A stretch of DNA of 64,000 nt from the human T2T-CHM13v2.0 reference genome, Homo sapiens. Under the pieces are notes generated by a model. The model was not told the DNA's origin, did not search any database, and saw nothing but the letters and a program-made list of their open reading frames with translations. Where the stretch lies: the NCBI RefSeq assembly GCF_009914755.1, contig NC_060927.1; one strand, given 5' to 3'. A program made the translations under genes and the position numbers. Below are positions 1-17,239 of the stretch, piece by piece (positions within the stretch are counted from its first letter, which is position 1; each line of letters begins with the position of its first letter).

Positions 1-1070
1 AGGTGTTGCAGAATTCCTTACCAAGCACTCGCTAGCTCCTCTACCTCACCCCTCCTCATCAGAACCAAAACCTGGCGCTTTCCTAGTATTGAAAATTCAA
101 CATACCTATGAATTCTTCCTAAAAAGCCTTTTTTTTCTATCAATTAGATAGGACAAATGTATTTTAATGAACAAATGGCATTTTAATAAAAAAAGTTCTT
201 TTTTTTAAATTAGCTGATTCTATTAAGGTTCTAACAAGTAAAAATAATATTGCAGAGAATTATGCAATAAAAGCACCAGCCAGCTTGGTCTATGGAGTAA
301 GCTTTGGAAATATGCAAATGGAATTTCACCAAGAAAAATATCCCTGAAGTGATAAAATTTTCTTTTAGATAGAGTGTGTCTGCGTGGGGAAAGGAACAGA
401 TCTCTTCTCCATAAAAATGGATGCACTGAACAGTGTTTATAACAATTCTATCTCTTTGGTTTTTGTGTTTGGCAGTAAGACAGCAACTAATTTAGTTTTA
501 TTTTAAAATTCCAGTGATTATAAGGTCTGCACATTCCTTGCGGAGTAGCTTTGTCTCTCTACTAGAGCCAGACACCATTTTTTCCCCCAACATGTGTGCT
601 AGAAAACTTTAGCTGGTGGTGCTTTTTCTCTGTTTCTGTCTGAGTCAGAAGCAATGGAGTCAAAGCTGATTTTCTGAATTCAGTACTTTACCACACCTTT
701 TTCTGAGCATTCTCAGGAGACAAATAGAAAAACTTCCATTTCTTTCTAGAGTTGCCTACTATCCACGTAAGAATTTGAATTATTGGTGAATTTTTCTGAC
801 ACACTAAGAAGGTTTGCATGTACCAAATGCAGAGAAAATGTATTAGATAGAATGCGTGACTGCAATTAGTAGATGGCCATGGAGAATTGGTTAGCCATTA
901 AAGACAGTTTATCATTTCACGCTCAAAATTCCAGGGTAGAGTTTTATTAGTGTTAGTTAATTTGGTGACATAATTTTGCCTTCAAAGATGTAAATTCTTT
1001 TTAATCTGTCTTTTTGTCTTCTTTATTTTTATTTTATTTTTATTATTTTTTTGCCATCCTCAGCTTGTGA

Positions 1071-1385
<315 letters not shown>

Positions 1386-3755
1386 TGCCTTGTCTTTTTC
1401 TTGTTGAAAAATGGCTACTATAGCTCTAACCATCATGTATGCACAAATCAAAGTTCAAAGGCTGAAGGCAGTGTGGAAGTGAGAAGTACAAAATAGAGTC
1501 ACGTGTCAAAACGCTAACCAAAATAGAGTTAGTGAGGGCCAGAACAAAGAAGCTGACGTACTTGCATCCTTGAATGTCTTGCTCATAGCTTGCAAACAGC
1601 AAGAAGAGCTTCTCACAGGAATTTTCTCTGGCCTGCAGTATTTCAGATAAGAACCTCAGATCAGGACAGTTGCCTACCAATGACTATCTCCCCCAGTGAA
1701 CTAATGGCAACTCCTGCAGTGAGTTTCTGAGACCAGTGAGCTTTCTTTCAAAGCGATTTGTGTGGGTGTCTTTCCTTTGTCTTAATTTTCCTTGGGTGTG
1801 CTGTACACCCCGGGTTACAACCCTTTGCTCTTCCCAAATGAAATCTTTTGTTCCAGACAGCCTGTCTGTCTGAGTTTCTTTTTTTAAGTTAACAATGGCA
1901 TATTCGTTCTTTGTTCCTCTTGTATAAGAATGAAAAACACTTTCCTAGGACTCTACAACAAGCTTATTTTTGCTTTCTTTGACCAGAACTGCATAATTTG
2001 CTCTTTCCCTAAACTACTGATCCATTTATCTATGCAGTCTATTTGCCATGTAGAGTGTCAGTTTTTGCTATGAGATGGAGATGTAAAGTTCTGTTCTCTT
2101 GCCAAAAGCTAGGATCTCAGCCCTTCCCCAGGAGCTACCTACTAAGACCAGGTACCCCAAAACCATAAACCTTGGATGTCCAGAAGGAAAATGCATCTTT
2201 ATGGAGAAATGTAAACTTGCATCTTCTAATGAAGATGATGATAAACACATCAGTCTTTTTCTTAATCTTTCTGCACCTTACATCTGGCTTTCCAGCTAAC
2301 TGAAACAGTTTTGTTGCGGAGTTCAGGAGAAACTTGAAATTTACATTCCTGTTAGCCTTCTTGCAAAGTAAATTGACATTAGATTTGATTTTTCATAGCG
2401 TTAAATAATTATCTTCCTTTAAAATAGATGTCCATGGGCATTTTCAGCTGATTGTTTCTTATGAAACAAGGCAGCGTATCTGTGTGGGTGGGTATAGATA
2501 TATACAAATGATATACATCACATTAACAAAATTCTCATTTACTAGAGCATTTAAATGTTAATCAGTACCTTCATGGGACACAGATTATATTTTCAATAAT
2601 GATTTTTGTTAGCAAAAGGAGTAAATTAGACTTCTGTCCATCTGGAGCAGGAGGAATCTTTGTTGGTTTAACAAATACAAATAAATTGAGTTGAAACCTG
2701 CTTTAAACGAAAATTGAAAACAAATTAAGTGATCAGTCAATGTGATGTTCGTGGTTACAGCTCCTGTATATATTTGGATAAGTTAAGAAAAAAAAAGCTG
2801 GGCAGCATTGCCAGGTATTTTATTTTATTCCAAGGGGAAAAATAATGAGTTGGCAGCATTTTAAACTGGCTGTAAAGTATTACATATGATGATAATTTGT
2901 TTATATATTTGTATGAGCCCTACATTTATTCCTATAAAGTTTAATTATGTGGCACGTGAGTAGCCACTAATGTTGAAATCAAGCGAATGTATTTATTTTT
3001 GTTGTTGTTATTGTTCATCTTTCCTGGTAGCCATGAGTAAGACCTTTTATTCTGATGTTTGAAAACACTTGTATTAATACCAGCAGTTCTTTTAGGTTCC
3101 AACTCTTGAAATTTGACATTTGTAAAGTTAATGCGATCTTTCTCTCTTGTCATAAGTTATTTCCCTAATTTTATGACTCTGGGATGGCTTCCAGTGACTT
3201 ATTGTCTCAAAAATGATGATACTGAGAAAGAGAAGATTGTGCTTTATAGTTAGTGATTTATTAGTGCTGACTTGGGCTTTCTGCTTAGGCAAATAAGAGT
3301 CATCTGAAGATGCTTGGATCTCTGGTTAAAGTTTAAATTCAACCATTAAAAGGTTATGCTATTTTACCAAGTTTAACTCCTGAGCCATTTATTTTTCCAA
3401 GTTAGCTACATTCAATTCAGAATTTGAATGTAGTTCACATTCAAGCGTTGATGAAAGAATCACTCTCTGCTATGCATTTCATTCAGTATATTAACACAAC
3501 ACTGAAATTCCAATATGCAATATATTATTTTTCTTTTGCCTTTATCTCTTAAAATTATGCACTTAAAAACATGTCTCAGACTTTCCAGTATCTTTCTAAT
3601 CTATTGTTTAGTTCAATTGTATTAAAAATTCAATTAACTACATATGGAGAAAATCAGCCATCATTGTTAATTGGAATTATTCTGTATAATAACTTGCAGA
3701 CGTAGTACATCTTTTGTGACTTGTGGATACTAAAACTATTTCATGCATATATTGC

Positions 3756-4460
3756 TCAGGACTCTTGGTCGCAAGTATTAACAATAAACTTCAAAGTATT
3801 TTAACATAGATAAATTTACTGGCTTACATAATGTCATAGTCTAGGAAAATTCTTGCTTCAGGGATAGCTATATCCAGGAGCTCAAACAAGCTCACCAGTG
3901 ATCTTTGTCTTTCCACTCAGCTTCCCTCTATGTTGGCTTCTTTCTCTAATAAATTCCTCCTTTTAGCCATCAGCACTAGCCATCTTTTATCCTGGAAACT
4001 CTGAGTCCAGTGAAAACAAATATTTTTATCCTATGTGACCTCAGAAAAAGTCAAGAAATTAAATTCTATGACCTGGGACATAATGATGCCATCTCTGACC
4101 CAATATCTGTGGCTAGGAGGTTGGAATGTTATCAGTAGTTGACTAACATGGTTCCTGAACAATCCTCAGCAGCATCACCTGGGATCGTGTTAAAAATGCA
4201 TATTCTCAGGGCACACCTCAGATCCAATGAATCAGAAAATCTTGCAAACTCTATTGTAACAAGTCCATATGATGGTGATGCACTCTCAATTTTGAGAACC
4301 ACTACAATATACTAATTGGTTAGGCCTGGGTCATGTGCACAACCCAAGAGCTTCAGTGTAAGTTCAACCGCACAGAAAGCATATAGAAAAGAAATCTGAG
4401 GAACTGATACCGGGGAAGAGAAAAGAAAGAGCAGATGCTGTGCTGGCAAAGAGGAGAGAT
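3756..4460 (-). mobile_element. Old MaLR LTR (MLT1J/K-like), split by MER5A
   Basis: tcaggactcttggtcgcaag...gcttcagggatagctatatccaggagctcaaac...; resumes as taattggttaggcctgggtcatgtgc after the MER5A. Confidence 0.65.
4133..4304. mobile_element. MER5A (hAT-Charlie MITE)
   Basis: cagcagcatcacctggg...aaatgcatattctcagggcacacctcagatcc..tgaatcagaaa...tttgagaaccact. Confidence 0.85.
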
Positions 4461-4988
4461 GCCTACTCTAAGGAGATTTCCACCCAACAGTAAAGTTTCC
4501 CGTTGTTTCTAATGCCATTATTTCTCAGAACACTGCTGGGTATGTTCCCCTCCAGAAAACCAATGTTTCAATTAAGCAAATACATTCTTCTCTAGGATAG
4601 TCTAAATGTCATCTGCAAATGGGGGATGGCCAAATGGTTTCCAGACCATATTATTTTCTTATCAAATACTTCCTGAATTCATAGGAAATAGTCTAATACA
4701 ATTAAAGCCTTCATTAGTAAGCCCCACTTCTCCCCTGTGATAGTAGATTCACATTGCTGCAAAAGTTCTCAGTGAAAATGACAGTAATGCTTAGAGAATT
4801 TTAGAGAAGGTGGCCAGCACTGCAGTATTATCCAAAATAATTTTAGAACATTTTTAAAAAATAAAACACCTAACAAAGGAGATAAGTGTAGCTTTTCATA
4901 CTGTCCTAGTTTTTTGTTTGTTTTTGTTTTTTACTTGATTTGGGACATTTATACTTATTACCCGGGGGGAAGACAGTAGAGTGCATGC

Positions 4989-5153
4989 CAGTTTTTCTCA
5001 AGTTATCTGCTCACAAGAATCCTTTGGGCACTTGTTATAAATACAGCCCCTAAGGTTCTTTTTCAGGATATTCATATTTAGAATGTCAGGAATGGGAAGA
5101 GGGAATTTGTATTGCCTCAGGGAATTCTTAAGATCTGGCACGTTGAGAACACT
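4989..5153. mobile_element. MER5B-like MITE
   Basis: cagtttttctcaag...gaatcctttgggcacttgtta...ttgagaacact with degenerate terminal inverted repeats. Confidence 0.6.
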
Positions 5154-5290
5154 CTAATGGTGAAGAGTGAGGATGCTGGAATCCTATGGTATGGGCTCAA
5201 ATCATACTTGTAACTCTTGCAAGCTGAGGGTAAACTATTCAACCTCATGCCTCATATGTCACTTGCCATGAGTACTGTTTGCTGCTGGTG

Positions 5291-6364
<1,074 letters not shown>

Positions 6365-9300
6365 TAAAGTAAGAAGTTTCGTATATGCAGAATGGTATTT
6401 CCAAGAGTAGAGAACTAATTCAAGGTCTAGTAGGCTTCAATGCTACAAGAGTCTAAAACTGAGCCACGTTCATTCCACTGGAAACCAACCAGATGTAGCC
6501 TTTTCAAATCAATTAAATTATAGAATTATTAAATGTAATGAGAGATTATCTAGCATAAAATTATCTATCTAAAATAACCCTTCATATTCATTTATTCCTC
6601 AACTTCTCCACTTACCCACATATTTTTTGGGGGTAGGAAAAGAGGAGCATAGTACCTTCTCCAGGTGGGAGTGTGTGATGGTCATTACTATCACCAGTGT
6701 AAATGCTCTCTCGCTCTTCCAAGTGGCTACCTAGGCTATTGCTGTCCATTGCACTTAGTACTCAAGCTTTACAACAGAGTAGAGTTGCCCAATTGTATAT
6801 GCACAATATATACCCAGGTGGGTGAATATAGGAAAGATTTGGTTAGCATTTCAGCATAGGCTCCCTACAACTAGATGGACATTAATCACATCCAGCAATT
6901 CACAGTGAGATCAGAGATGCAACTTTCTAAAAGAGGAAGAGTCAATATTTGGTGCAGAGCTAGTGTCATCAAGCTGTGAAACTTTGAGGCCAACATATTT
7001 GCTAGTTCACATGCACCTTCCAGGTAGTTATAAGTCTTGTGAATCTTTGATTTAGACAATTCTACGGTGTTGATTCTAGACATGATTCTTATACATCTGA
7101 CTCCTATACTCACCCACGTGGCTATAGTTTCATGTAATATCAACCCTAATATATTGATAGTGATAAGATATGGTGTCTTTCACTGGATGTAGGCAGCTCT
7201 GGCAGGTCAGTACAACTGGGATCTAGAGTTCTAACTGACATACTCTGCAAAGAGGGCTTAGGGATAGCTTGATTAGATGTGAGGACATTGGGGGTCTAGT
7301 CTGATTCCACGTTACTTTGGACAAATCTCTGAAACATTCAGGGACTCAAATGGGAAAAACAGGGATTGATTTAGAATGTCTAAAAATTTACAACAGCCTG
7401 TGTATCCAGGAATTAGATTACTCTAGTTTTTCTTTGTTACCTCTGTTCTCCATATAATCATACAAAGGATTAATGGCATCTAGTTTTCCAGCTGAAAAGA
7501 TGTATTTTACCTAAATTGTGTAATTCAGAGGGGCTATAATTTTGAACTGTGTTTTTAAAAAAGTAAATATTTCATGAAACCACACAGAATTCTAAAACCA
7601 AGGAGAATGAATGGTTCCAGATTATGGTTTTAGTCATAAAGTATTTTAGAGAAAGTTCTTCTAAAATATACGCTCAATAAGCATAGCATGTTTCAATTTC
7701 ATAATCTATGTTTACTGTCTGTGAAACCAACTTGAATATCATTTTATTTCTTCTGTGTATTCCTGGGCCAAGGGAATAGTAAAATATGAGTTAGAGTGGT
7801 AAAATACAATAGAGAGAAGAAAAAAAAAATCCCCAAATATGTGCTCGTAAGTTGATAACTATTGAACTTTTTATAGGGAATGATGAGTATCTTAAAAGCC
7901 TATGGAGATAATAATTATTTTGTTATTAAAACAACTCAATACCTCATGCAACAGGTTGAAGACATTAAAACCTTTCCCGTAAGTTTATTCTTGGGGAACA
8001 TAAAAAGGAAAAATAATTATAATGGTTTTATAGATGAGTCTGATTGCAATGCCTATTTGACAATATATGTCTCTACCATTTCATTTTTCATTTCTAGTCA
8101 TGACTATGGATCTTTTCAATAAGGTCACAGGTATAATTTATGCATTCATTTAAAAACCTGAAATTGAAACAAGGTTTCAGGAATTGAATTCTAGTTGTTC
8201 TAGAGAACAATGTATTGGTAGAATTGGAGTGTGGGGAAATTTAAGCTTTCAAGCAGTGTGCTTTTTATACCAGAGTTTTAGAAGGCACGTAATTTTCTTT
8301 GTGTATTCTCAATAGGTTATGAAGTTTTACGTGGTTGATTGACACAATTAAAGGCACAAAATTGCCAAATGGGAACAGTAAATTATTACATGAAAATGCA
8401 CATCCACTTATAGGCATATGGCTAGAGAAGCATGAACAACCAATGAGAAAATACCAGCGTGTATACATGAAACTATAGCATTTAAAATGTGGAAAGTGGC
8501 CAATTATCAAATGTAACAAAGAGATCACATCAGAAGGGATTTTTGCCAAGCCAGCAACCTACAGAATCACAAGTTTTTCATTTTTGTTTAGCTCTAACAA
8601 ACAGTTTAAGTGTTTTAAATCAAAGAATTATATTATAACAGGAAAAATAAGATTAGGCAGTGAGTTCAGTAATAACAATTTACTGTTTCAAGAAATTGAA
8701 TTTATATTGAGTATGCTAGGAATATCTGTAAAAATTTCTGTCAAATTCATAAGCACAACATAAAGAGACAGCAGTGTTCTTTTCCTTATTTTTTTTTTGC
8801 AAAATATTAACCCCCATGAAGTTTGTTTTTGCTTTTGTTAAGGAGGATATGGGAGACCACTGCTATCTTGTTTTATCATTGTTAATCCCATGACTTCTAG
8901 AATGAGCATCTTGCCATGTGGCCAGGGATGGAAGTGGTGAACTTTAACCACAAGAGAATGATTCTAGCTTCAGGAATTATATTTAGGTGGCGTAATGATG
9001 CAAGAACACACTAAAACTGGTACATCAATAGCACAGTAGAAGCTGGCTGGCCCAGTTTGATGTGATAATATACCATTATTTTGTTCTGGCACTATCTGTT
9101 GAAGACTAGAATGTTTTCTATAAAAAGCAAAAGCTTGCCTTGTGGTTGTGTCTATTCAGAGAGTTGCACATCTAGGAAAAGAAGTATGCCTCAGGTAGGG
9201 AACATACAGGCTACCCGGTCAAAATCTGAAAAATTCTATAGGTGATATGTTCATCTAGAGCTTTGTAGCCAGTTATTGCCTAAAGAGCTTTCTAGGTAAG

Positions 9301-9701
9301 TTAACATATCTTTATACACAGGCAGGGAGACATGCTTTGTGCAATGTGACTCTACAAAGGGAAAATGATCTTGATACACAAGGAATGGGATCATAAGTTC
9401 TCAAAGGTCTTCCTTTGTGTATAAGTGTGTTTCTTTAGATAGGAGGACCGTGAGAAGAGGAAAAAGAAAAAGATTGAGGCAATTGAAGGGCAGAGAAAAT
9501 TGCTAAAAAGGAAAGTGGCTTGAAGAAAGAATTGTGTCCTCTAAAATGGCACCCACAGGCCACTTTTCTGTGCATATTATAACAGAACAAGGTTATATTA
9601 CAAAACTTAAGTAATTTGATTTCCACGGGAGCCTTCGGTCACTAAATGACCAAATTGGGGCAACTATTGGCAAACTTTGAGCCAGTTCAGGATTCTTACC
9701 T

Positions 9702-9845
9702 CAGTGGTTCTTCAAATTGTGTTCATGGTCACTCCCTGAGGAATTTAACAAATTATTGCATGTCTCCCCAACCCTATAATCCCATACTGCTTCAACAGGT
9801 CTGGAATGCGGCATAGAACTATTCACTTTTCAAGTTTGCTGGAAA
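9702..9845. mobile_element. Degenerate MER5-family fragment
   Basis: cagtggttcttcaaa...caggtctggaatgcggcatagaa. Confidence 0.45.
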
Positions 9846-12800
9846 AATGCCAGTGGACACGATGCCAACCATACTTTTTAAAAGCCTTACTACTTTCTTC
9901 CCATTTACAGAAGACATCCTGTAAATATTTACTTGATTCTTAACTTCAGAACCTTTGGGAATCAATTAACTGCCATTTCAAGCAAAGGGGAGGTCCAGAA
10001 ATCAAGGAACCAGGAGATCAGAAAGACACTAATCCACAAAGACAAAGTCAAGGATTAGAATGTCTAAATGAAGCATCAGTCCCAAGGCTTGGGCCAGAGA
10101 CCATTAAAAAGTCAGGACCAAGTCCCTGGTCTTGGGACCAGAGATAGCAATAGAATAGGTAGACAGTGGTGCTCCCCAGCGGTATTTTTGTGGGGCTGAG
10201 AATATCGACCAAGAATTTTTGATCTTCTGCATGTAACAGATAGCCCCTCAGAATCTGAACACAAAGTAAAATCTGCCTAGAACTAATAGAGGGATCAGAA
10301 AATTTGGCAGGTAGATAAATGTTTCTCCATCCACGCCCAAGGCAGACATCACTAATCAATTATGACACACTTCCTCTGTACTCTGGTATAGTCTTGAAAT
10401 CTTTCTCAATACAGTTTTAAAGCAAGGACTATTAACACATCAGAACTGGAATGAATTTGCAATCCATTGCTATTTCTGATTTAGTTTCGGATTCTTGATA
10501 CCTCTTCCCATTCAGCTGTTTGCTGTCATTGTGTGAAAACCAATGATAGTTTTCGTAAAGATTAATCGACTTAAAGAACAGTCAAGGAATTGGGGTGTGC
10601 TTTAATTCTTGTTGGTTTCGTCTCCAATTACAAATCTTTTTTGTTAAATTGCCAAATGCCATACAGCAAGGAGCAGCCCTGGTTCTCTTAGGAAGCTATA
10701 TATTAGTTTATGCTTCTGTGCTATTTGATTTGTTTAAAATTTTCTCATGGTCTTTCAGTAATTAAACTTACAATGCGTGTACTGTGCCCTTGGTACTCTG
10801 TTAAGGACTGTGATGCAGAGATAAAACAGTGTTCTTTTCCATTAGGAACTCATACACTAATGGTCAATGTAGGTCTTCAAACAAACATTGAATAAGTGTG
10901 AGAAATATGATAGTTGTCGCACAAAGAATGAAGGACAGGAACATGGAGAAGGAGCTTCCACTTAAGCTTCACAGAAAATATGACAAGTGGACTGAAATTT
11001 AGAGGCAGAAAAAGTGGCATGACAATGTAGTAAGAAATTATATTACTCGTTAAAAAGTGAGGGACAGTGTTTTCAACACATAGCACATAGAGAAGAGACA
11101 GATTGCACTTACACAACTTTGACTCTTGTAAAATGTGAGATTATAATCAGAATTAATGAAACCTCATTCTATCTGCAAATTTTCGAACAATGTGAATTCC
11201 AAATTAACTTTTGGCAAGAGTCACATCTTTTCCATATAGTGGGTCAAGTTAATTTGAAATATTGTAGCTTGTAAGCTGAAATGCCTGTTCTACCTTAAGA
11301 GGAAATATTGACTTATGTGCCTGTTGAATTCTGCATGGTCTTTCCTTTAATGCAATGCCACCACCCTCTCATTTTGTAGGGCTGGACTCTATAGCAGAGG
11401 CAAAGATATGGCAAAAAGCAGCAAAGCCAAATTGTGAAGGGCTCTGTTTGAATTTTCTCCTTGAACCTATGAAGAGTCAGCAGAAGTTTCTAAATGTGGG
11501 AGAAATGTGAGCATAGGGTATTTTGAAATGGGAATTTTGGAAATAGTGCTTGAGTGCGAAAAGCAGCTAGAGGTAAGAAAACTAGTTGAGTATTACAATA
11601 ATTTGACAAAAGATGGCACTGGTTTGAAGAAAGCTTAAGGGACTGGAAAAGATGGAGCAGGTTTGAAAGCTATTTTGGACTTTTTAAGCATTAAGAAAAT
11701 ATGCGAGTAGAGTAAGCTTTATCTTTTATTTTGTGTTACGTTGTTTTGTTATTTCAATAGAAATACAATTTTCAAAATTTGTTTAATTTAGAAAATAACA
11801 TTGCCGACTATTTAATCTTTTTTATCAACAACAACTAAGCAAAGAAAGAGAACTCTCATTATCCCACACCCTAAAGACAATGATTGTCCAATCATCTGGT
11901 GGTAACTTCCAGCCATATAAACATACACACATTTACACACATACCCAAACTTATTTTAAAACAAAACTCCATATTTTCTCTTCTAGCATGCTTAGTAAGA
12001 ACTTTCACCTTGCTTTGGAACACAGGAGAGAGAGGTGTCCCAGTGCATAGTTTTTGCTGATGCCATTTGTGCACTCATGCTGTGACAGGAACTCATACTG
12101 GTTGTTGAGGTCTTGCTTCTGCTGTTTGGTTTTGTCTGTTCACGTTCCCATCAGAAGCCTATGAAACTATTTCCTTTCTGTTGCCTGCTGTGACCTTGGT
12201 GATAACTGAGTTTCTCTCTAAACAGCTGTCAGAAACCAGCTGTTTGCAAGGCTGGTGTTAGCTAGTCGCTTGGGATGGTGCAGTCGTTTTTCTTCCTGCC
12301 ATAATGAATCAGCTAATTTCATATGCAGTCACCTAGGATAATTGGAGTCTCAACCATCTTAGACCCTTGCTTTAGCTAGAATAGCTACTTTAGCAGGTAA
12401 ATATCAAGGGCCTGTATAAAACTGAACTGAGCTAAAACTAATAAGGGAATAGCTTACTACATTAAAAGAAAGGCTTTAATCACTGGAAGTTTGAACAGAG
12501 TGATACTCAGAAAGAGAAATTCCTGCTAAAAGGGAAGACTCAACAACAGATTTTGAATCTTCCTGCCACCTCCCGTGGAGAGCTCCCTGGAGCTCACTTT
12601 TCCCCATAGGTGTCTTGCGCTTTGAGACCTCAGCCACTGAGAGACACAGCCACAGGGACCCAGGCCTCAAACTAGGATAAACTGACACATCTCTGTTCCC
12701 TAGCTTTTCTCAAAGCATCAGAGACCATCTCTCATTTTCAGAAAGAATCTTTCTCAAAGCACAGGAAACCATAACAGAGCGTGGTGTGCTGATGGGCAGT

Positions 12801-13079
12801 CAGGGGACTGCCAAATTCTCGGCTCCATAGACTATAGGTCACAATACTGGCCCAATTGTGAATTCTTTCCAACTTCATTTACCCTCTCTTCTTCTGGTCC
12901 TAGAAGCTGGTTTATTTGGGCATTTTCTTCTACTCCACCATCCTATACTGCTTTGAGCCTAATCATTGTACATTCTGGATGTATCACTTAACTTATTTGG
13001 TCTTCACTTCTTTCATCTTCACCATGGGTCTAATTATTCCTACCTCTAGGTTTAAGAGAAAATATTTAAATTGCTCAGC

Positions 13080-14082
<1,003 letters not shown>

Positions 14083-17000
14083 CCATTACGAATTGCTTTT
14101 TACAGAAACCCTTCTCTTTCTCCCCTCTTCCTCTTTTTTTCTTGAAATGTAATCATTAAGCGGCCTTATGCCAACTGGCCTATTTGCACAGTACTGAACC
14201 TAGAAATATATTTGTAATGATATTACAATTGTGCAAATTAGAGTAAGTAAAGCTCTTTAAACACTCTCTACCACATGGTAAATGCTCAGTAAAGGATAAC
14301 TTTATTCTTCTACCCTAGGTTCCTCTTAGCAAAATATGTCTACCTGGGCATTGGCAGGAGGGTCCCCAGAAGGTAAAATAGTCACATATCTGGGGGAACT
14401 GTCAGGAGAGGCTGTAATATAAATTAGCGGGACTATAAGAGCTGACACTGGAGAGACGGGTAGAGGCAAAGCCCCAGAAGGCCCTGTGTGCCCTATTAAG
14501 GAGCATGCACTTTGTTTTTTAAACAAGGAGAGAAGTGTTTCAATGGTTTATAGGATAGTGGTGTGACACGCTTGGGCTTATGCTTTAAAAAATTACTCAT
14601 TGCTTATAAGTAATGGATTGCATGACAGTTAAGACGTGAAATTTTACCCTGGGAAGATAGGCACTGGCTACCAGTCGTGATTTAAATGGACTTTCCTAAT
14701 GCTCATATTTTTAGACCCAGGTTAGCACACAACCTGAAGGGTGCAGAAGAATGAGAAGAATCCCTTAGAGCAAAAGTTGGATCAGAGCTGGCAGTCACCT
14801 ATGGTACCTTTACTTCCCCCTTCAGAAAGAGGCCAGTGAACCCCTTATACCAAAGAACGTTAGATGGGAACTCAGCATATGATTCTCCTCCCATCTCTGC
14901 TTCGTGGGATGTTTGGTGGGGTGGAAACTTGAACACTAGCTTCAGTCTATACCCTCCCTCCCCAAGTAAAGCATGAGACATTGGAATGAGACTGCAACAC
15001 CATAATAATGGATGTATATTATGGGTAATCATAAGAATTGTTGTTGAAGAGTATCCGTATACTAGAAATACTGCCCATATACAGCCTTCCTTGTTTTGGT
15101 ATATTCTTAGCACGTTACCACAACACTAGTTTCTTCTGAGTATAATGGATCTCTGGCTGTTGAACTGCAAGCAGTTCCTAATGAATAAAGCTATCCTCAA
15201 ATGACTGGCACTTGGGGCGTAAGAGTTCAGGGCACATGCCACCTGCTGTGGAGTTATGCATCTTCAGATGGCTCAGCTTGTTACCTTTTATAATACATTT
15301 GGTTGCTCTCTACCCACCCAGCTCAGGACCACATTCGGCTCTGTTCGCCTGGCTGGGTTTGGCCATAAAGTTTTCAGGTCATAAAGCACTGAGAAGTGAG
15401 CAACCTCAAATAAATAGGTATCTAATTGCAGGTTTCAAGGAGGGCCCCTGTGGAATATCCCAACTCAACAAAAGCCACATTTTCCCATCTAAGTCTCATG
15501 TACATGATGGTGTTGGGGAAGATAACGGGTCACAAATAGTCAATAGAGAGATCATAGAGCAAGGTATACTGTGGCAAGGAATGTAAAAGACAAGTTCATG
15601 CCACTACACTAGCACTTCCTTGAAGCTCTCGATGTCTCTATATACCTGAAGGAGGAAACTCACACTCAGTAAGTCATCGGTAGAAATGTATTGGTGGACA
15701 AATGAATGACTGAAACAAAACATCCCATTTTCCTTCTCATATTGCACGCTCTTCGTCCTCACTTTCAACTGAGATGTGATCTCACGTTAGTGATTTATCA
15801 CTTGCAAAGGACTTAGATTGTTTCCAAAAAAGGCTTGATTTATATATAAGGAGTCAGTTGTTCACACCTGGGAGATTCTGGCTAACAGACCCAAAGCCCT
15901 AGATCAGATTGTAATGATTGGGTTTTAGCATCAAGGCCAGATATTTAGGCTGGCGAAATCTGCCTTCCAATTCTATCAATTCCATTGTGTTTCTCTGGTA
16001 ACCTTCCCAGTTCCCTGTCAAAGTGACTAGTTTGAGGCATCATGGCCAAATTACATTGTTGATGAGGTGAAGGCTGCTGCCTGGTGTTACACCAAATGCC
16101 AGATGAATGGAGCCCTTGGTTTTAACCCAGCAATCAGATCATTGTCTTTTATTTTCATGTTGCAGATCTTGAGGTATGGAAGTACCTTGTGCATTATGTT
16201 TTTAAAGACATTAACTGAGGAGTAAAGAACCACATAGATGTTTCTACTGCCATAAACTGAGGTTCAACTTAAATGCTGATCTTTTTTTCCCAAATCTTTA
16301 CTGAGTGGACTGCATAGGGATAAGTGTTTTATAAGGCCTTGGAACCTTTGTATTAGTTTCTAAATTTGGACATTACCCAGTTACAATGTACTAGGAATGG
16401 GTCAGAATCTTAAGATGCTTCATTGTTGACAATATGGCAACAGTGAATAAACAGTAGAGGCAAGTTAATGGCACAGTCCTTGGACTGAAATCTCTAGAAA
16501 TGGCCGTGTAAGAGGAGACGTCCCATATTATTCCAGGGTTGAGAGCTGTGTGGATGATTGGTAAGCAAGCTTATTGAGTTTTAGATCATAATGAAGGGGT
16601 TTGGGAAATGAAAGGAATCATCATTGGATTTTCCCACAGAAATCCAGCTTCCCACTGCAGTTGTTGGGAAAAGAAAATGTAAGGAAATGATTTCTTAATG
16701 GTGACACTGACAATCAGTCTAGCTGATGCAGAAGCACCAGTGTCTATAACAGGTCCTCTGATGCCTGAAATTGAAAATTGTCTCTCTAATGTGCCTGTGT
16801 GCTCCCATTCAGCTTTATGTTCCAATTGATTCCTTGACTTATAACCAACAGTGATTTTTTTGATCCAAGGCCTCCCTTCATACAGGTCTAAAAAAAACCT
16901 GACTAGTAGATGTACTGAAACAGCAACTAAGAAAGGTTTTTGTTCCCTGTAGTGATACTATCTTTATTCCTTCAGTGTCTACCACCCCGAGCTAGATATT

Positions 17001-17239
17001 CTAGGAGATCAAGTTTTAAAATAATTTCCTTTTTGTTCAGAATGTCCCCCTGTTATTTAACAATCAATTTTAAGTACCTGTAACATGACCTGTGACCCCC
17101 AACCAGTGAGGATCCATCACTTGCTTTTTCAAAAACCTTCCAGCAGCTTCTCATTGTTACTATTATTATCATTGCCTCCTGCCACTATTACAATTACGAC
17201 AGTATTCAGACTCTTTCTTAGAGCCCAGGAGGTTTAACT

